A stretch of DNA of 64,000 nucleotides from Botryllus schlosseri (lineage: Eukaryota). Positions 23,986 to 36,168 of this stretch are shown piece after piece. The DNA lies in NCBI GenBank assembly GCA_051294905.1, contig CM119372.1, positions 22,942,001 through 23,006,000 of the forward strand. Direction: 5' to 3'. Positions within the stretch are counted from its first letter, which is position 1, and every line of letters starts with the position of its first letter. Below the pieces are notes generated by a model that saw nothing but the letters and a program-made list of their open reading frames with translations, had not been told where the DNA came from and searched no databases. Position numbers and translations under genes: made by a program.

Positions 23986-26245
23986 CAGGGCCGTAACAGC
24001 ACTTCGTCAGCCCCCCCCCAAAACTTTGGTCTTGGGCCCCCCATAGGGTTATAGACCCAACTTCTGGGGGGCTTCGCCCCCCAGACCCCCCTCCGGCGAT
24101 ACACTTTTACCGCTATTCATCATTTTTATTCGGACTTTGTTTAGTGGATCAGCTTTTGACGCCTAAGCGCGCGAAGCGCGGAAAATTTCTAGAATTCATG
24201 ATTTCATCGGTCAGTATGATCGGGAATTGCATAAATTGTTATCAATTTTTATCTTCTCTCTGCTCACGTAATCAGATTTGCCGGTAGAGCTGAGTGAGGT
24301 GTGTTTGAAAAGGTAGGACCACTCAATATTAATTAAACATCTTCGGGGGTATACCCGTTGGCAGGAACGAAACAGCACCTGGTCAGGCCCCTAAAAACGT
24401 GGGTCTTGGGCTCCCATAGGGTGATGAAACGACCCCCCCCCCATCACGTTGTTCGCGTTTGTCACGAAATTATCTGTACTATACTGTGAGCCAGCGCGAT
24501 GCGCGAAAATTTTCGATAATTTATGATGAAATCGATCAATCAGATCGGTGATTGCATATATATTATGCTATCAATTTATTGTCCTCTACTCACGTAATTA
24601 GATTTACCGGGAGGGCCCGTAAATAATCATTAAACATCTTCGGGCTGGCGGACACGTTGATATGACTTCGTCACATGATGTTATTTCGTGACTTCAAGTC
24701 TGCTATATCAAGAAATATAGAATCGTCCAAATGTAGGCTTCTAAACTAAGAGACGCACACCATTTCAAATTGGTATTTCTTCACTGGCATAAATTTTTTC
24801 CCAACGGGATGGTATTTGTCTTGTGGGGTTCAGATTGCAAAGACAGGAACATTCGGCGCCAGTCATTTAGGCGCCTATGGACAATTAAACCTATATGTAT
24901 TTTGTAGGGATGGTGTGAACCCCAGAAAGGTTCAGGTTCGCGTGAACGCGAACCTTTTTGAAAGGTTCTGTGTGAACACGAACGTGAACCTCATGACGTC
25001 ACGTGACGTCATATTGCTAATTACAAACTTACATTTCAGTGATGTGATAGCCTATAACAATGTGAACGTCGACAAACGTCAAGTGTGTCAACTGCGGCAA
25101 TCAAATCATATAATAATCCCATAAAATCAATATCTTCCGTCGCTTTGCCAACGAGGACTTGCAAGCGAATATAAGCTTACGACTTAACGATCTAGGCCAG
25201 ACCAGACAATGCATTCGGCGTCTGAGCATTGCTACGTTGATATTGCGCAGAGCGTAAAACGGGTTTCCATACCTGCTACCGATATTGTCCCATTAAAAAG
25301 TTATATAGCAGTAGCCAACACCCCAATCGCGACGATTTGTTTTTTATGATGCAATAAACACATGAAATCAAGATTGACCCCGTACGGCAGCTAGATTTTT
25401 ATTACCAGACAACGATATCAGTTTCATTGATTGGCTGAATAAGCATCATTCGTTGGCTGAATAAGCATCATTCGCTAAGTCAGGGATATCCCTGGCTAAG
25501 TTGAGTACCTACGTATAGCGTATTTCCCTCTTGATCTTGTGTGATTGCGGGTCAAGCTCACATCACAGAGTCACTAAATATTCACAAACGTAAAGCTGGA
25601 TATTTCGAGCAAACATTTGTAACCAAGCATGTAGAATTTTTGAGATTTTCAAGGTGCATGGTCGTTCAGTGTTGATTTGTTTTTATGCTGCCAGCGCCAC
25701 GCATAGAGTGGCTCGCAGTTGACATGCAATAAATTTCAACCAAAGATGTTATAATGAAGTGAAAATTGTAATATATGAAAAAGTGCAGAACCTACAGTGC
25801 AGAACCTACCAAGGTTCGTTTGTGAACGTGAACCCCTAAATTTCGAAGGTTCACACACAGAACGCGAACGTGAACCTCACGTTCACACCATCCCTAGTAT
25901 TTTGTATATATAACGAAGTCTTCGGTCTGCATAAGGGCATAGACCTTTTTGGCCAAGCTTTTCTCGCTGCCGATCGTTCTGGCACACCTCTTGGAGTCGC
26001 ATGTTATATGGCTAAAACTTGATTGTATGTCTTGGTGGGTCGGGGCGCGGTAATGGTCCAATACCCAATACTATAGATAAATGGCTACTTTAATTCGCGC
26101 GCAGCGCGAAAAAAATTTGAAAAAATTGCATAAAATTTCAAAAAATACTCTATGATTTATGCTGATTCAGGAAATAATTTTGGGCCCCCTTCGAGCTCGG
26201 GCCCCCCCCAATTGGGGGGTTTGGGGTGCGGCAGTTACGGTGCTG
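23986..26245 (+). mobile_element. hAT-type element family D (~1.3 kb without its nested insert)
   Basis: TIR cagggccgtaac / gttacggtgctg, perfect TSD catattcc; uninterrupted homolog at 59909-61197. Confidence 0.9.
24905..25896 (+). mobile_element. MITE family C, nested in family D
   Basis: Family C TIRs, perfect TSD gtattttg; the empty site is visible in the 59909 copy (~60850). Confidence 0.93.
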
Positions 26246-26436
26246 CATATTCCATACGTTGGCAACCTTTTCAACAGTTAGAAGGACACAGTCCTGCGTT
26301 GTGTTAGTTTCGGGGCAACTTTCTTTCAGATATGGCGGATGTAGTAGAACCTCATCTACAGTCTGTAACTTGGAGTGACTAATACACTCAGATAAATATC
26401 CGACCTAATAGTGACCAGAATATCAGACCAAATAGT

Positions 26437-26863
26437 CAGAGATGAGCATGGATTAGGATTAGGTTTGGAAAAAACAGGATTTGTGAAATTTTGTCGGATT
26501 TGGATTGGATTTGGATTAGACATTTTTTTCAGAACGGATTAGGATTTGGATTGGATTTACCTATTTTCTGGGAGATTGAAATGTCGTGAGGCGAATCGCG
26601 ACAAACTTTATTCAGATCAGTTATTAATGTAATTATGGTTACTAAGTTATCTTGAATCAAGTGAATCGTTGGTTGTGAAAGAAAATTTTCGAATCCCTCC
26701 ATTGCATGAATTAGTATTTTTTCTGAATTTCCAGTTCGAATCGGATTAGGATAGGACATGGACTAGAATCTGAAAATAGTATGGATTAGGATTTTGATTT
26801 TGATTTGAAGGTTCGGATTTGGATTGGATTAGGACATAGAAATTTCAAATCCGCTCATCTCTG
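26437..26863. mobile_element. MITE family H (ggatt repeats)
   Basis: TIR cagagatgagc / gctcatctctg, perfect TSD caaatagt. Confidence 0.9.
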
Positions 26864-27520
26864 CAAATAGTGGGCAGACCTGAATCTTGTTCATGGTTGG
26901 TCCGCAAAACCGATATCCGCTTTGTTTCAGACATTTTTCTGCAACTAAATTGCAGTCTACCAAAAAATAAGATAACTCGGTATTTTACAGATGATTTGAA
27001 GTTGTGAAAAGTATTACTGACATTACATACCTTTGAATAATACCTTATGGCTGAAAACTGGCTGGGAATATCAGTATTTGTTGACGAATTGCAACCCAAC
27101 GGCGCTTCTTCAATGTACGATCCAAAGCAAGCCGATGTCAATGGTGCAACCAATACATGATTCCCATGAGCATGATAGACAAGTTGTGCAGAGTGAAATC
27201 GATGTGCATGTGGCCTTTATAGGACTGCATTCAAGTACAATTTTGAAAACATGGCTATTTTATTGCAATATATTATCTCTACACGGCCGTTTTCAACTGA
27301 TAACTTCACAAAAGCTATAAACCGGTGTCATGGTCAACATTGCATATCGAGTAGTAAGGAGAATTGCCCCGTGGATCTTTGGGGGGTTTTCGGGGATAGA
27401 AGATCACGATGAAGATGACTAAAATTGCCATAAAAGTGTTTTTATGTTCTAAACAATCATTTTGGTCACAAGCATCGAAGTTTCCTGACAATTTTTCAAA
27501 TCTGAACAACCCTTGGTTAC

Positions 27521-28014
27521 CAGTGATGAGCGGATAGTGCTTTTCGAGACTCCGAATCCCTCCGATAACTTTAGTCTCTGAGGAAAACTCCCTCCGACTC
27601 CGAAGAGCTCAATCCCAGACTCCGAGATACTTCGGTGAATCTCGTCAAGTATCCGAAACAGTGGCAAGCATGGTACATGGTACACATGGTACAACATGGT
27701 ACATGTGATAATATGGTTGGCCTCATAGTATTGCTTACTCTCCAGTCCCCAATTGCAGCGCAGATGGCTGATTTTTATGCACTTGGCAATAATTTTTGCA
27801 TGTTACCCGTCATATTAAAACTTTAGAGGTGTCAACTGTCTCTGTTTTGGTTTATAATCATAATCAATAGTGTATTCTAGTCACAGCTATCCAAAGATAT
27901 CGGAGACAAAAGTTACAATACTCCGAAACTCTCCGGAAAAATATCTGTAGTAAACTCCAACTCCGCTCCGACAGTCACAAAATCGGCAAAACCCCGCTCC
28001 GATGCTCATCACTG
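27521..28014. mobile_element. MITE family I (ctccga repeats)
   Basis: TIR cagtgatgagc / gctcatcactg, flanks tggttac / atggtaac. Confidence 0.85.
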
Positions 28015-28930
28015 ATGGTAACCCTACTATATATCATCTCTTGTTACTCCATGCACTATGTATAACTGCTTACAACTTTGTGGTTGGTGTAGCCTGTAGT
28101 GCATAACGAAGTGACTGAGATATGCAACGTGGATAGGGGATAGGCATGACACCACTCTCAAATCGTCTCCGTTTTGTGTTACAGTTGTTTTCGTAAACTT
28201 TCAACGGGTATTTAGTTAATCTAATAAGTGACAAAATATTTTGAGAGAAAGATATTTGATTGTAAGCGTTGTATTAGTGTTGATAAATCTAAACGAACGA
28301 GGGCACAAAACACGAACAAAGGTACAGCTTGGTGTGTCATGCCTGAATAATTCTCCACGTCCCGTCGGCTAATTTCAATTTCCTTCGCCCCTGGTTTCCT
28401 TGGACACAACGACTTGCGTGGTGTAGAAATTTCACTCAGGATTCAAATTATTTTACCCTAATATTTTAATCGTCAGTCGATATCTTTTGTTTGTTTCATT
28501 TATTACGTTCCAGTTTTGCTATACACTTTGCTACCGCCCGACATCAATGTTTCAAATTCAAGAAATTCTTATTAGGAACCTCTTAGGCTCTGTCTCGCGT
28601 GTCGACCGTAACACTATTGCCAATACTTCATAAATCTATGTATGAGCGCTTGTCGTCTGCTGCAAATGATCCACAGGGCGCAGTGTTGTATTACCCATTT
28701 AGGCTTCAAGTTAAGTTTATCAGCAGGGTGGTGCTTTTAATTTCAACGTTACGTATCCATGCGCCACGTGGACGCACTGCAACTATGTCAGTTAATTGAG
28801 GCGTCCCTTACCTAATGTACATCCGGTGAAATGTAGAGCTTTTATCAAAGATAAAGTGTTCAAATGATAGGCCTAAATCGCAAATATTGTATAATGAGCA
28901 GTGAGCACGACAAAGCAGCATTACACTTAC

Positions 28931-29051
28931 AATTTGTCATAGCCTTGGCTAGCCTGATGAGTTTTATGAAGTTGCTTGATCCAACGCTGCCACTTTCATC
29001 GAGCATGAAAAGTACGTCGCGATGTTTGAGGCTTAAAGCTGCTTCTGTATG
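28931..29051 (-). CDS. VWA gene 1 MIDAS exon (HTEAALSLKHRDVLFMLDESGSVGSSNFIKLIRLAKAMTN)
   Basis: DxSxS MIDAS motif (DESGS), tttcag acceptor, T|gtaagt donor. Confidence 0.93.
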
Positions 29052-30284
29052 CTGAAAGGGATAATATAATGTTTCAAATATAGCAAGGTATGCAGTGTAT
29101 ACTATGCAGACGTGGGGTGATTACTTCGTGAATGTAATCGATTGCGATTACGATTACTTCCTAATGACGCGATTACGACTACGATTACAGCAAAATCAGG
29201 AAGTAGTCGATTACGATTACGATTACATTGGAAAAGTAATCACGATTACTCACGATTACATTTATTTTACATCTTAGAAGCTATGCTGGAAGACAATATA
29301 TGGATTGCGCTGAAAAGGCCTAATGAGATAACAAACTCCCTTTAAAAAAGATGCGTCATTTGCTTGTTACGTCATAATGTACCTATTGCTCATTTTTATA
29401 GAGGTCAATTTATCGCGCCCAACGATTTACATTCTTGCCAGGGCCATAACTGCCGCACCCCAAATTCCCCAATAGGGTGGAGAGCGAGCTCGAAGGGGAC
29501 TCAAAAAGTATTTCGTAAACCAAAATAGTTATAGAGTATTTTCGAGAGATCTAATTAACTTGAAAACCCTCTCTAGATCAGTGATTCCCAACCACGGCTC
29601 CCAGCTAGCCTACTTGCAGCTCCCATTGACGTTGGAAAATCCAACAAAAATAATAAAAAATCAATCTATAACAAACAAAAAATTGATAGTAAAAATTATA
29701 CACTTGCTTGGCTTGGAAACTGGAGTTTATAATTATAAGGGTGGAGACCAATTCCTTTGCTGTCGAGTAACGATTCTCTACTCAGCAACGATTTCGTTAC
29801 TCAACTCACGTCAGAAAGTATCTCACACTCAAACGCGTTTGGATGGGTACTCAGATTTAAGTTTGCTTATCATCGGACTTAATTAAGAGCAAGTGGTGTT
29901 ACAACACGTTTCACAACGCTATCTGACCATCAAACCAATGGATCTTTGACTTGATTTTTAAGTTCAACGGCCGCATTGACGGAATGAATGTTTTTTTGCC
30001 CATGATGAAATTGTTTTCAAGTCCTATTGTAGTTAATGCGGCCACTGACCCTAGTAATTTACAACTTGAGTTGCTAGACATGCAGTCATGATATAAGACA
30101 TGGCAATTTGTTTGTGCGTCTCACGAAAGTTTTTCTTTTAGTCTGCTACGTTTGAGCCACTACAATATCTTTTGATTATATAACAAATCGGAGGTCACGA
30201 ATTAACAACATACACTAAAGTAATTATAACAAGATAATATGAATTATGAATTACGTGCCCCCAGCTCTACTGGTAGGTAATTGT

Positions 30285-31424
30285 GTGGCCAGATAGCGCA
30301 GTGGTATAATCCATGGCCGCAACACCAATGGTTCCTACCAAAGTGTTGAAGGTTTATCTAGCTAGGGTTGCCATACGTCGGGAATTTCCCGGACATGTCC
30401 GGAATTTCACTGTTCAAATTAGCGTCCGGGAGGAATTTCTAAAATATGCCAAATGTCCGAAATTTTGAAGACTTGACGTAGGCTCATAACTTTTACGTAA
30501 ATCAGCATAAAAACAATATTTTTTGGGGAATATTTATGCTGATGCATGATATTTTTCTTCGCACTGCGCGCGATTTACTATCACAATTATTGATTATAAT
30601 ATGGAGACTACCACCCTCGCAAAAACTGCAATAAAATATAAACAAAAGCAACCTTCATTTACTGGAATAAGCCTAATTGTAATCGCAATTATGGGACAAC
30701 GGTATATTCCTAGAGATCGATAAGGCCGCTTAAATGTTTAATTCAAAGATAATGGTTCCAAACGATGGTGGGTTCGTTTGCCTTTATTCTGGGGTTTACG
30801 CATATGTTAAACGTAATCAGCTTCCAAAATAGCCCGTGAGTAAGTCTGGGCAAAGGTGCTGACTTCTTTTAGTAATCAGCTCATCAAATTTTGATCTGGG
30901 TCACGGAACATTTTCAAATTGGAGATGGAGTCGCGACCATAAAGGGTTAGAAACCAGTGGATGTGGGTTTCTTATAAGGCTCCGTGGTGCGCACTGGCAA
31001 GTGACATAGATTACCCTATAGTGTTGGCTCAAAATCATTGTGTATTTGGGCGGGAGGGGGCTGAAAACATGTGTTTTCGGTCCCGGTTACATAACACACA
31101 GCCACATACTCCTGAACCGGATCGTGACCACCTCTGGTCTATGAGCAAAGCTTTGCTAGTGTGACGTCATAACTCATTTTGAAATCCACTAGTGGGCGCT
31201 AAAAAGTGTCCGGAATTTGGGTTGCTGAAATATGGTAACCCTAATCTAGGCTCCTCCTGGCCGCCTCATCCGCGTAAGCGGTGTCTTACAAAAAGCCTAG
31301 AAGTGGGCCGTGCTACAAGTTGGCAGATACGGAATCAAAAATGTAGAAAATCGGCCTGGTGTAAATGACCGTTGTAGTCGACAAGCACCATGCATTCATG
31401 AATACCTCAAACAAACAAACAAAC
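30285..31424 (+). mobile_element. SINE family 1, interrupted by element 30363-31243
   Basis: Head at 30285, body resumes at 31244, (caaa)n tail, ctctac.ggtag flanking repeat. Confidence 0.8.
30363..31243. mobile_element. hAT-type MITE (tagggttgcc / ggtaacccta)
   Basis: TIRs present; atctag duplicated on both sides. Confidence 0.8.
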
Positions 31425-32618
31425 TCTACAGGTAGATTTGACCATCGGGGGCTGAGAGAGGATTAAAAACTGAGAGTAATATAATGCAATTACTAATAGA
31501 TATATTATTGACGAAATTCAGTCTTCAACTTGAGATTGCCACCCTATGGGGCCAAAGACCAACGTTTGGACTGAGGGACGAATTGCTGTTTTGGTCCTGA
31601 TTCCAGCTACATCCCAAGCTGTATAAGCACATGGCCATGGCGGTAGATCCCAATGTTGAGTAAATAATTGTGAAATAACGATTGTCACCCGTTTCAAGTA
31701 GTGTCATATGAGAACAAGAAGAAGCGAACATAAAATTCTGCCTTCAACTTAATCGACTTAATACTGCAAGCTGCAGTTAGGAGAAACGGCAAAAACGGCC
31801 CGGTCATGATATATATCATCAGCTGTTGATTTTACTGCTTCGTTGTGGAAACCCCAATGTTTTATTTGACGAGTAGAAAATTTCAAATCTTTGTCCGGTG
31901 TCCAACGTACTAGATAGGCCTACTGCTCGCCAAGCAGCAACGGTCAAACTGCGTTTAATTAAGCATAACCAAACATCAACACATAAGGTACTATTTTAAA
32001 CTAGGCAGAGCGGAGACAAATTATACTGCTGCAAGGTAGTGGCGTGTGGAACGTGTTGATAACCTGATATAAAGCACGGCAGGTGTTCTTACAATCACAC
32101 TAGTGTACGACGTACGTACATCGAACATCTATTTACTGTGGATACTTCTTACGCAATGACGCGCAAAGCTAACTGCGGCTTCTGACGTAATAATGAGCAG
32201 TGGCGTTTGAGAATCAGACCCTTGTGCTATCACGAATCTTGTATAATAGCTCTTCCTTGTTCACAAATGTTCACTTGTTCAGTTTGTGTCATAGTCCTTG
32301 TACAAATAAAAAGTAATCGTTCTTTCACAGAGAAATCGATTAGATATGGGAAGTAGTCGATTACGATTACGATTACTTCGGATTTTTTTCGAATGTAATC
32401 GATTGCGATTACGATTACTTGAAAATGATGTAATCGTCGTAATCGATTACGATTACTAATCGCGATTACCCCATGTCTGATTACTATGTAGCTCAGGTAA
32501 AATTAATTAATTTGATATTAATATTATGCTAATGAAATAATCATTCTACGCTCCTTAAACTTCCAAGAGGAACTTTCGGTGGCCTCGTCAAAGATCGGTA
32601 AAATTTAAAGAAACGTAC

Positions 32619-32744
32619 CCTTTTTGTTCTTCTGGTCACGCCGTCAGCACTATCCGAAACTCGCCTTCTTGTCCTACCGCGTTTACACCTCCGACCCGAC
32701 ATCAGCAGAACTCCGTTGTCATCGTACGCATCCTGGACACATTT
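32619..32744 (-). CDS. VWA gene 1 linker exon with furin-type sites (KCVQDAYDDNGVLLMSGRRCKRGRTRRRVSDSADGVTRRTKR)
   Basis: ttacag acceptor, AGG|gtacgt donor, phase 0-0; paralog at 59013-59141. Confidence 0.88.
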
Positions 32745-32942
32745 CTGTAAAACATGCACACTTGCACCGCGCATAAAATATGTAAATTGAAAGGCGACCT
32801 TTGCTACAACGCGACGCAGAATTCTTCATTTCAAACTTCATATAGTCTTGCGATTAATAGTCTCGATGTAGTTTGATATAGTTGTAGTTTCAACATTGGC
32901 CTATCGGAGATACCCTAGAACTGGTTCGCGAACCCCCAAAAG

Positions 32943-33222
32943 GTTGTTGTTATTGTTTGTGGTATATTCATGCATGTCGACTACAATGGATATTTACACC
33001 AGACCGATATTTCTTATTTTTTATTCCGTATCGACCGACTTGTAGCCCGGCCCACTTCTAGGCTTTTTCTAAGACACTGCCTAGGCAGATGAGATGGCGA
33101 GATGGAGCCTAGATAAGCTTCCAACTCTTAGGTAGGAATTCTGGAGTCGACATCGGTCGGACTCGAACCCGCAACCCATTGTTGTTGGAGCAGCGGATTA
33201 TACCACTATGCTATCTTGCCAT
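32943..33222 (-). mobile_element. SINE family 1
   Basis: Reverse-complement copy flanked by an aacccccaaa-like direct repeat. Confidence 0.82.
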
Positions 33223-33411
33223 ATAACCCCCCAAATGTCCATGAACCCCGATTTAATGACCCTTTCTATATATGGAATCGTTAGGAAAGCAATGGAAGTG
33301 CGTCCTAACCCCAGTTCAGACCATATTTTCTATGTGTCGGAGGCTTATCTGAACTCCTCAGTCCACCTCATCTATTTATCTTATCATCAAGGTATTAAGG
33401 CGCTATCCGTT

Positions 33412-33560
33412 GGGAGATAGCGTAGTAGTGAGCTTCAACGCCACTTGCCCTGGTGGCGCGGGTTCAAGTCCGGAGGTTAACCATGATTAATCCTCTTCCC
33501 CCGTGTCGCTGTTCTTACAGTGACAAAAGAGCCCAGATGAAGAAGAATAAAACAAAACGA
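33412..33560 (+). mobile_element. Short tRNA-derived SINE
   Basis: gggagatagcgtagtagtg A-box, ggttcaagtcc B-box, A-rich tail. Confidence 0.6.
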
Positions 33561-33600
33561 AAAGAGAAAGAACTGGAGTCTAAAAAGAACCGCCGAACAA

Positions 33601-33960
33601 AAGATTAGCATCAAAAAGCATTTGGCTGAGAATGCAACTTGCGCTAAAAACTATCGCGATGAAAGATTTTCGATATTAGGTAGAGGCCGCACTAATTTCC
33701 ATCTGTCTGCACTGGAATCGACTTATATTAAAATCCACCGACCGCGCTTGTGTCAGCAGAAGGAATTTGTAGTGAATCTAAAAATTGTCCACTAGCTGCG
33801 CCCGCGGTTTGCCTGTATTTCATGTTGTTTGTTTCTATGACGTCATAATTGGTTGTATGCAATGTAGCTAGATGCATGTTTTTGAAATTCTCCATTTGCT
33901 GACGATTGCCCTTGAGAAGTGTCAGCTCGAAAAGCTTCGGGTTTTAATATGAATATATTA
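33601..33960 (+). mobile_element. Penelope-like retroelement 3' remnant (GIY-YIG C-terminus plus pLTR)
   Basis: 33601-33795 reads KISIKKHLAENATCAKNYRDERFSILGRGRTNFHLSALESTYIKIHRPRLCQQKEFVVNLKIVH*, the typical PLE endonuclease tail (H..C....FSIL......L..LE..YI....P.LC.QKE). Confidence 0.8.
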
Positions 33961-34213
33961 TTAAAATGTACATCAAAAAGACTGTGACATCGGGCAATAG
34001 GCCGAGGTTGATGCCGGATTAAGAGACCTCGACTGCGGTCGTTTCAGCATCCTCTTGTATCTGTTCATTACATCGCATTTGGTGATGTGTATCGCATGTA
34101 ATCAGATAAAAATATATCGATTATTGAATATTGACTCTTATCCGTAGAAGCATGAATGCAGCCAAAGAAGTGGAATTCCGCATTCTACATTTGGATTGAT
34201 TCAGTCATATTAC

Positions 34214-34320
34214 CTTGCCTGTACTGCCAGATGTTTTGCTGACGATACCACCTGTTTCTGCAAACTTCGACGCAACGGTCCTGAGGAATATAGCAGTAGT
34301 ATATTCTTCCGATGTACAAT
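34214..34320 (-). CDS. VWA gene 1 exon (DCTSEEYTTAIFLRTVASKFAETGGIVSKTSGSTGK)
   Basis: cctag acceptor, AAG|gtaata donor, phase 1-0; paralog at 62056-62159. Confidence 0.85.
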
Positions 34321-34813
34321 CTAGGTATTTTCGAAATGATTGAATTGATGAAATAGATTTCCCAATAATGCTCGAAGCACAGAGACTACACACTTTCATC
34401 ATAGTTTTGTGAGAATATGCTTGGTCGCTGCGGGAATGCTCTAACAGTGTCGATAACAAGTCAGCACATTCGATTCACAAGTCATATTCAGTCATTATAC
34501 ATTTCGACCTAGTAAAGCTAAGTCACTCGATATTTGGTGCTTAGCCGAATCAAGTCAAGTCAAGCCGAAGTTTCGAAGTACGATGCATTTAAGTATTTAG
34601 ATTGGGAGGTGTTGTACCGACCCGAGACCCAAACTCATGCAACTCTTGCAAAGTCATGCTTGCTGTGTGAGTATTGAGCTACAAAGTGTGCCATTGAGGG
34701 AAAAGTGATAATAGGCATGGAAGAGCAACGCTAGAATCACCAATCGCACCTTTCGATGTAACAATAATTTCCGTTCCTTCACATAATCTCTAGCCTTATA
34801 GATCGCTACTTAC

Positions 34814-34966
34814 CAGCGTATTCATGATCTTCGCCAACGCAATCAGCACCTCCATTCTTGGCGGATAATTTGTTTCTTTCTCTCCTCTTCTGTATTGCAT
34901 ATCCGCCAGTGCTATTTATTATCCTATCGCACAAGCCATACTGTCCATATGGCAGCCACATGCAAT
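34814..34966 (-). CDS. VWA gene 1 TSP1-like (spondin-type) exon (DCMWLPYGQYGLCDR...QKRRERNKLSAKNGGADCVGEDHEYA)
   Basis: ttttag acceptor, G|gtaagt donor, symmetric phase 1-1; DC..W.....C...R.R.....NGG..C......DC pattern. Confidence 0.78.
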
Positions 34967-36168
34967 CTAAAATATGAAAGATGTAACATTCCTGAATTCT
35001 TATACATGGAGCTTTCCGGTTATATATGTTTGATCTCTTGGTTGTCTCTCCGACAATGATAAATGTTGACATGATAAAGGTATAGGACGACAGGAATAGT
35101 ATTAGCAAACAACATTAGAAACACGGCGGCACGCGTAATGATGAATTCACTGCTATTTTGAATACCTTACTTTTATGACACTGGATGTTTTCGCACTCGC
35201 TCTTTTCAATGCCTCGCCGCTATGACACTCGCTATTATCACACTCGCTGTTTTGGCATTCGCTATTTTGAACGTACGACGCTTCGTCCTATGTTGTTCCG
35301 TTAATTTTTGCATCTGCCCGCATTTATGCGCGCGTCACGAGTTTTATTGAATCTAGTGCGCTTCGATCATAGAGTGCTACGTATTGAAGGAAAATTGTTT
35401 TCAAGATTTTTATCGTATACGAAAGAGTTGTGTCGCATAATATCGTCCCGCACTCATATATTTGTGTAACACACGTAGCTAAATCTTGATGACGGTATAA
35501 CCCTAGATTAGGAGTTGAAAGGAGGAGGTTATTGAGTTGTCTTTTGTTGAATTTCTACGGTACTATTGAGAGAAACCTGAGTTGCTTCTGAGCATGGAAA
35601 TGCAAGGGGTATGGCACGATTTGGATTATTATGAGAAATGCTGTGAATAGGGTACTCCTGAAACATCGCAGACGCATATATACATAACCAATGTTCAGTG
35701 TTCACGCAGTGTTGGGAACAAGTCGAGACGAGTCGTTGCACACTATGACTCGCGAGTCAGACCTAGTCACTCGATTTTGCACGTGACTTAAGACACGAGT
35801 CAAGTCATTTCGAATTTTCGAAGTACGAGGCATGATTCAAGGCATTTAAAAGGCCAGAACACAACATTCAAGCCTATTGCACTATTTGTTTTATAAACAT
35901 ATTCGCTATATGCGTTCGAATCAAATTATACAAGCCCATGGATCATTAAGGATAGCACTGAACAGTGAACACTAAATAGTCTATAGAAGTGAAATACATT
36001 CCTATATAAATATAATTAGTTCACGATGACGTGAGCTCTAATCACTCCGTATGCTGTCACATTTTATTTGTGATATAATAAGGAAGGCCGAAAAACAAGG
36101 CAAAACAATCAATGCAGGTCTGGTCGCTCTCGTCACATCAGTGTGTCGAGAAAATGAACACGTGTAGC

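Larger units (their letters stand above)
23341..27513. mobile_element. Foldback-like element with ~590-bp inverted arms (23341-23932 / 26922-27513)
   Basis: Arms were read as reverse complements along their length (agggttgttcagatttg...ggtagactgcaatttagttg). Contains nested families D, C and H. Confidence 0.85.
22896..28025. mobile_element. Family E MITE whose right TIR has been split by two later insertions
   Basis: aaagaggacgtatggt at ~23323-23339 resumes as atggtaaccct at 28015-28025. Confidence 0.65.
29107..32479 (-). mobile_element. Family B composite element (inverted copy) in a VWA gene 1 intron
   Basis: cagacgtgggg / ccccatgtctg termini, flanks atactatg / attactatg, internal homology to 14069-17511. 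Confidence 0.85.

Noticed and set aside
34967..35108. Hydrophobic in-frame extension upstream of the TSP1-like exon as a possible first exon
   Set aside because: It starts at TTG just after an in-frame stop, and its internal ATG gives a poor signal peptide. A good acceptor lies at 34967 and a better leader exon at 39358-39430.
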